Assembly (NCBI GenBank): GCA_039809385.1
Contig: JBDHUY010000012.1
Location: 1-64,000 of the forward strand
DNA from: Candidatus Altimarinota bacterium
GTDB taxonomy: Bacteria > Patescibacteriota > Gracilibacteria > JBDHUY01
Direction: 5' to 3'
DNA: 64,000 nucleotides
Both the position numbers and the translations under genes were made by a program. Below, one piece after another: positions 58,810 to 64,000 of this stretch; the first letter of the stretch is position 1, and each line of letters starts with the position of its first letter. Under the pieces are notes generated by a model. It saw only the letters and a program-made list of their open reading frames with translations. It was not told the DNA's origin and ran no database searches.

Positions 58810-58925
58810 AAGTTCAAATATCAAATGTCAAAACAAGTCCAAAATCCAAATATCAAACATGATACAGAGTTTGAGCTTTGATATTGGGATTTCTTTTGAA
58901 CTTTGTCATTTGGTATTTGATGTTC
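58810..58925. repeat. 7-bp-periodic palindromic element, copy B
   Basis: TCAAATATCAAATGTCAAA (58814-58832) vs TTTGTCATTTGGTATTTGA (58902-58920). Confidence 0.8.
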
Positions 58926-58945
58926 ATTTCGGTTTCTCCTAGATC

Positions 58946-61900
58946 TCATACCTGTTCCTGAGGTGCTTCCAAGAGATTGCGTACCTTATTTTCCAAAACG
59001 CCGCCGCGCGAAATTTTGAAATTGGTCCGGATTACTTTCCCGCCCATGTGAATGATGACTTGCTGTTCTCCGCTGGTTTCTGTTTCCAACACCGACCGTA
59101 GTTCTTTGAGAACCGTCGTGTCAAAACTCTGGGGAATTTCGATAATGTAATCCTCGCTGATTTGCCGCTCGATAAACATAGGCGTATTCTCTTCCGGCAT
59201 AGCCGGTTTCTCAATTTCTTCTTCAATCAGTATCGTAGAGGGAACCGGTTCGCCAGGAATAGTTCCTAGCGAATTTTCTGCTAGAGGTATATTTACGACC
59301 GGTAAGGCTTCGCCTTCGTGTTCGTCTTGCTCCACATTTACTTTTTGCACGACTTTCAGGGTGGGATCGAAAAAACCTTCTTCCTGGGCGTTGGCGATCA
59401 CCTGATCGATGCTCAGAGTTCTGAGTTCGTTGCAGCTCACCTGGAAGCTGCCGTTTCTCCGGTCGAGCCGGCCGCGTATCTTGACCAACGTATCCTCGCT
59501 GACCGTTCCGGGAATCGTTTTGAGCGTTTTGGGAAAAATGACTACTTCGATCAGACCGGTGGGGTCTTCCAGTGTCAGGTACATCATAGCCTCCTTATTT
59601 TTGGTGTACATTTTTTTGACCTTCGTTACCAATCCCATGATCGGAATCTCCTTGCCTGCGTCTTTTTCGCTAATCTTTTCGCTCAGATAGGCTTTTTTTC
59701 CGATATATTTTTTCAGCCCATCCAATGGATGCCCCGAAATATAAAGGCCGAGAAAGGCCTTTTCCCATTTCAGTTTTTCCATAGCAGTTTCGACCGTGCC
59801 GCCGGGGATACAGATCATGTCTACGTCGGTATCCGTTCCCCCCATACTAAACAGGCTGGTCTGCCCGGCCGAGGCGGACAGCTGATGACTTTTGGCCGTT
59901 TCGACGATGATATCCATGACCTGGAGCAGTGCCTTGCGAGGACCGAAGTTATCCATGGAACCGCTTAGAATTAGGGATTCGAGCGATTTTTTATTCAACG
60001 TATCGACCGGAACCCGGCAGGCCATATCTGAAATATCTCGAAAGGGGCCGGTCTTTTCTCGTTCTTCTAAAATAGCCTGGATCGTATTTTCCCCCAGTCC
60101 TTTGATCGCTCTCAATCCGAACCGGATGATCTTGTCGGAGACCATGGTAAAGTTCGAACGCGATTCGTTGATCGACGGGGCCAATACTTCGATACCCATC
60201 TGACGACATTCGTGTACCTCCAGAGCTACCCGATCGGTGTTTTCCGCGTCGCTGGTCAACAGTGCGGTCATGAATTCGGTCGGGTAATGTGCTTTCAAAT
60301 ACGCCGTTTGGTAGGCGATCAATGCGTAACAGGCGGCGTGCGATTTGTTGAAGCCGTAACGGGCAAACGGTGGAAACAATTCCCAGATGGCTTGAGCAGT
60401 CTTTTCGTCGATCCCGTTCTGGACCATCCCCTTCACTAGTTTTTCTCCTTGTTCGTCGAGCAGCGATTTGATCTTTTTTCCGATCGCTTTTCGTAATGTG
60501 TCGGCTTCGGCTAGGGTAAATCCGGCCAGATCGCGGGCGATCTGCATCATCTGCTCTTGATACACGCCAATCCCGTACGTATTTTTCAGAATCGGTTCGA
60601 GGCGCGGATGGATATAGGTAATCTTTTCCAGGCCGTATTTACGTTTAATAAAGGATGGGATCAGTTCCATCGGACCCGGACGATACAGAGCCACCATAGC
60701 GATAATATCGTCGAAACAAGTCGGTTTCAGGTCTTTTAAGTAACGGCGCATGCCTGCCGATTCGAACTGGAACACGCCGGTAGTTTCGCCGCGGGCAAAT
60801 ACCTGATAGGCTTTCGTGTCATCCAGCGGAATGGTAGATATATCGATCCGTTGTTGTTTGACACGTTCGATGATGCTCAGGCAGCGCTGAATAATCGATA
60901 GATTGCGGAGTCCCAAAAAATCTATCTTGAGCAGACCGATCTCTTCTAGAGGTTTGGCTGACAGTTGCGTGATGACCGTACTTCGTTCATTGGGCGGCGT
61001 TTGCAGCGCCGTATATTTGGTCAGCGGTTCTTTGGAAACAATCACCGCGCAGGCGTGTACCGAAATGTGTCGCACAACCCCTTCAAGCTTGAGTGCGATA
61101 TCGAATACCTTTTTATACAGTGGATTTTCTTCGTACAGTTTTTTCAGCTCGACCTGGGTATCGAGGGCTTCTTTGAGCTTCGTTCCGGGCTTTTCGGGAA
61201 TGAATTTGGCTACTTCGTTCAGTTCGCCGAACGAGATTCCCATGGCGCGGCCGACGTCTTTTACCGCTTGTCGTGCCGCTAGTGTCCCGAACGTACTGAT
61301 TTGGGCGACGTGATCGGATCCGTATTTGTCCCGGACATATTCGATAACTTTGTCGCGGCGATTATCGGCAAAATCCATGTCGATATCCGGCATCGAGATA
61401 CGGGCCGGATTCAGGAAACGTTCAAACAGCAGATCGTATTCGAGCGGATCCAGATCGGTAATTCCCAAGACATAGGCTACCAGCGCTCCCGCGGCGCTCC
61501 CGCGACCGGGACCTACCGCGATGCCCTGTTCTTTGGCCCAGTTCACGAAATCCTGTACGATCAGAAAATATGTGTCGAATCCCATCGTATTGATCACGAC
61601 CAATTCGTATTCCAGACGTGCGATCATATTCTGGTGTTTTTCCGCCAAAGCTCCCAGTACTTTCTTTTTGGCTTCGGAAACGCTTTGGTGCGAGAGTTCT
61701 TTCAGTTCTTCCGGTGTAATATCTCCCAGTGATTTTCCGCCCAGATCGTAAACCGGCGCTTCGGCCAGTATGCCGATATCCACATCGGCCAGTCCGATTT
61801 TGTACCGGTTCTCCAGTCCCCAGAAGCACAGTTTGCGCATATAACTCTGGGTCGATTCTTCCGCGGGAACTTCGAAGGACGGGATCAGGTTTTGCCCCAG

Positions 61901-62731
61901 TTTGATATCGACTTTGCAGCGTTCGTTGATTTGCAGTGTATTACTCACCGCTTCGGGAATATCCTGAAACAATTCGATCATCTTTTCCGGAGAGCGAAGC
62001 GAGCAGTCGCACTCCATCATCGAAAACCGCGACGTATCGTCTACGGTCTTATTGGTCTCCACGCACAACAGGATATCCTGGGCAATATTGTCAGTCTGTT
62101 CGATATAGTGCGCGTCACTCGTGGCAACGACCGGGATATTATACCGCTTGGATAATTCCTTGATCGTATTGTTGACTTTCACCTGCTCCGGCATCTGGAA
62201 ATGCGGCTGGAGTTCCAGAAAAAAATTTTCGGCCCCGAAGACGTTCTGGTACTGTCTGATGGTTTTTAACAGCTCTTCCTCGCCTTTTTCGTTATTGATG
62301 GTCTGGGCGATCTCCCCGCCCAAACAACTGCTGAGCGCAATCAGGCCTTTGTGGTATGTTTCCAGCAGATCCCAGTCGATACGGGGTTTGTAGTACATGC
62401 CCTCCATATTGGCCTTGGTGATGAGTTGAATCAGGTTTTCGTAGCCTTCGTTAGTCTCGGCCAGTAATATAAGGTGATAGCGTTTACTGTCGATACTCGG
62501 ATTTTTGGAAAAACGGCTGTTGGGAGTCAGATAGGTCTCGCATCCCAGGATCGGATTGATCCCGTGTTTTTTGCCGGCAATGTAAAATTCTACTGTCCCG
62601 TAGAGCACTCCGTGATCGGTCAACGCTATTCCGGGCGATCCGTGCTCTTTTGCTTTTATGATATATTCTTCGGGCTTCGGCAGCCCGTCGAGCAGGGAAT
62701 AATAGGAATGGTTGTGCAGGTTGACGAACAT
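58946..62731 (-). CDS. dnaE: DNA polymerase III alpha subunit
   Basis: PHP LHNHSYYSLLDG, GPGRGSAAG, FERFLNPAR.SMPDIDMDF, YGFNKSHA, OB fold. Confidence 0.97.
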   Translation of the reverse strand: MFVNLHNHSYYSLLDGLPKPEEYIIKAKEHGSPGIALTDHGVLYGTVEFYIAGKKHGINPILGCETYLTPNSRFSKNPSIDSKRYHLILLAETNEGYENLIQLITKANMEGMYYKPRIDWDLLETYHKGLIALSSCLGGEIAQTINNEKGEEELLKTIRQYQNVFGAENFFLELQPHFQMPEQVKVNNTIKELSKRYNIPVVATSDAHYIEQTDNIAQDILLCVETNKTVDDTSRFSMMECDCSLRSPEKMIELFQDIPEAVSNTLQINERCKVDIKLGQNLIPSFEVPAEESTQSYMRKLCFWGLENRYKIGLADVDIGILAEAPVYDLGGKSLGDITPEELKELSHQSVSEAKKKVLGALAEKHQNMIARLEYELVVINTMGFDTYFLIVQDFVNWAKEQGIAVGPGRGSAAGALVAYVLGITDLDPLEYDLLFERFLNPARISMPDIDMDFADNRRDKVIEYVRDKYGSDHVAQISTFGTLAARQAVKDVGRAMGISFGELNEVAKFIPEKPGTKLKEALDTQVELKKLYEENPLYKKVFDIALKLEGVVRHISVHACAVIVSKEPLTKYTALQTPPNERSTVITQLSAKPLEEIGLLKIDFLGLRNLSIIQRCLSIIERVKQQRIDISTIPLDDTKAYQVFARGETTGVFQFESAGMRRYLKDLKPTCFDDIIAMVALYRPGPMELIPSFIKRKYGLEKITYIHPRLEPILKNTYGIGVYQEQMMQIARDLAGFTLAEADTLRKAIGKKIKSLLDEQGEKLVKGMVQNGIDEKTAQAIWELFPPFARYGFNKSHAACYALIAYQTAYLKAHYPTEFMTALLTSDAENTDRVALEVHECRQMGIEVLAPSINESRSNFTMVSDKIIRFGLRAIKGLGENTIQAILEEREKTGPFRDISDMACRVPVDTLNKKSLESLILSGSMDNFGPRKALLQVMDIIVETAKSHQLSASAGQTSLFSMGGTDTDVDMICIPGGTVETAMEKLKWEKAFLGLYISGHPLDGLKKYIGKKAYLSEKISEKDAGKEIPIMGLVTKVKKMYTKNKEAMMYLTLEDPTGLIEVVIFPKTLKTIPGTVSEDTLVKIRGRLDRRNGSFQVSCNELRTLSIDQVIANAQEEGFFDPTLKVVQKVNVEQDEHEGEALPVVNIPLAENSLGTIPGEPVPSTILIEEEIEKPAMPEENTPMFIERQISEDYIIEIPQSFDTTVLKELRSVLETETSGEQQVIIHMGGKVIRTNFKISRGGVLENKVRNLLEAPQEQV

Positions 62732-62805
62732 AGGAGGTGTGTGAACCGAGTTGATCCGGTTCTATGTAATCATGTAAATAGTCTCTTTTGTACGTGTCGA
62801 ATAGA

Positions 62806-62922
62806 ATCTCAAAACTCAAAGTTCAAATGTTAAAAAAAGTTCAAAATTCAAATATCAAACGTAGTTTTTTGAACCTTGATCTTGGGATTTATTTTGAACG
62901 TTGTCATTTGGTATTTGATATT
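62806..62922. repeat. 7-bp-periodic palindromic element, copy C
   Basis: TCAAA repeats on the left; right arm TTGGGATTTATTTTGAACGTTGTCATTTGGTATTTGATATT nearly identical to copy B. Confidence 0.8.
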
Positions 62923-62976
62923 CGGTTCCGTTTAAGCCCAATGGCAAAATCTTAATACCACTTGTTTCCGGCCCGG

Positions 62977-63537
62977 TCATTCTTTCTCCGGGTACAGCAT
63001 TTTGAAAATGCGATTCATTTCTTTGAGTCCGCGGTGTAACAGGATCCGTACCGCTCCCTCGCTCTTGTCCATGATAGCACTGATTTCTTCGTTCGATAAA
63101 TCATTTATAAATTTTAAAATAACGGCTTGTTTATAATCTTCTTTCAGCATTGACAGAGCTTTGGTCAGTTGTTCTGAAGTAATATTCAGATCGGTCTCCC
63201 GTTCGACTTCCATGTCCGAGTATTCCATCTCAAGTCCCTCGATCTCGTCCAGCGGGATGGTAGTACGATTTTTGCGGTAGTAGTCGATCACCATATTGTG
63301 CGCGATGGTGAATATCCAAGCCCGGAACGAGCCGTTCTTTTGCTCTTTATACGTCTTTATTTTTTCCCATACTTTTACAAACAGGTCTTCACACAAATCT
63401 TCGGCGTCTGGCGGCGACACCTTGAAATACATATACCGGTAGATATCGTTTAAAAAAAGGTCATACAGTACCCCAAACGCTTCCGAATCGCCTCGTTGTA
63501 TGCGCAAAATGAGCTCCCGAACTTGCTGTTCTTCCAC
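62977..63537 (-). CDS. ECF sigma-70 factor
   Basis: GDSEAFG.LY, DAEDL, FRAWIFTIAHN..IDYYR, region 4 EISAIM.KSEGAVR. Confidence 0.92.
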   Translation of the reverse strand: MEEQQVRELILRIQRGDSEAFGVLYDLFLNDIYRYMYFKVSPPDAEDLCEDLFVKVWEKIKTYKEQKNGSFRAWIFTIAHNMVIDYYRKNRTTIPLDEIEGLEMEYSDMEVERETDLNITSEQLTKALSMLKEDYKQAVILKFINDLSNEEISAIMDKSEGAVRILLHRGLKEMNRIFKMLYPEKE

Positions 63538-63789
63538 GATGGGCCGAAGACAAAAAATAAGCGGAGCTATTATAGCGATTCATACAGCTGAAAACCAGCC
63601 GTAACACAGGTTTCTTTTTTTCTCTATCGGATCTTTACTGCAGCAAGAACCTCAATGATTTCCAAATGGATAATTAGAACGATCTCTTTTCTCTATCCTA
63701 CAACTTGCTTTTCTGCTTCACGTTTGTCAACGGGAACGTTTTCGTGTAATTTTCTAAAGATTATACTTCCTGGTATTTTTCCAGTGCCT

Positions 63790-64000
63790 ATGAATTCCGA
63801 ATTGAATATGGTGAAGCTTTTGCGCATATTCTTGGGTCTTTTCGGGGTGACGTTGGCTATCTCAATCCTCTTTCTGGGGATGCGGGCGGTACTGGATGTC
63901 GGCGGTTCCTGTGCCGAAGGCGGCCCATATCAAATTGCGGTCCATTGCCCGAAAGGAACAGCGTGGATGATTCCCCTCTCGATATTTGTCGGTTTGGGAT
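63790..64000 (+). CDS. Membrane protein, truncated by the window end
   Basis: MNSELNMVKLLRIFLGLFGVTLAISILFLGMRAVLDVGGSCAEGGPYQIAVHCP...; open to the edge. Confidence 0.6.
   Translation, partial: MNSELNMVKLLRIFLGLFGVTLAISILFLGMRAVLDVGGSCAEGGPYQIAVHCPKGTAWMIPLSIFVGLG

Noticed and set aside
58946-62731. Intein in dnaE
   Set aside because: No C/S...HN splice junctions or homing endonuclease motifs; protein length is normal apart from a short insert.

Overview
64-kb bacterial chromosomal window. Genes read in genetic code 11 (several end in TGA). Many starts lack a Shine-Dalgarno and there are many orphan, TPR and Cys-repeat surface proteins, which suggests a Patescibacteria (CPR) genome; this lineage call is inference. 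Housekeeping genes: PBP1C-like, O-antigen ligase, radC, msrA, mgtE, asnS, ferredoxin, dnaE, an ECF sigma factor, tRNA-Gln(TTG) and tRNA-Glu(TTC). Downstream of tRNA-Gln is a ~16-kb defence/TA island (11.0-26.9 kb) bracketed by two paralogous XRE-Panacea(DUF4065) antitoxins paired with different toxins. It holds a tightly packed operon: restriction-methyltransferase fusion, PD-(D/E)XK nuclease, ClpP-like protease, HsdS, a 42-aa ORF, DUF3800 and a putative BECR-fold RNase, with a convergent candidate small RNA at its 3' end. Other highlights: a GIY-YIG endonuclease flanked by large CGTC-ended palindromes; a ~320-nt hairpin-rich intergenic region (candidate ncRNA); three copies of a 7-bp-periodic palindromic element, two flanking dnaE; several frameshifted accessory genes (VOC, DUF4145/HEPN, NYN, a PAS-REC hybrid kinase split in three); and a stand-alone OLD-family nuclease near tRNA-Glu. 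No CRISPR array, rRNA, integrase or transposase was seen. All family calls come from reading motifs; no searches were run.
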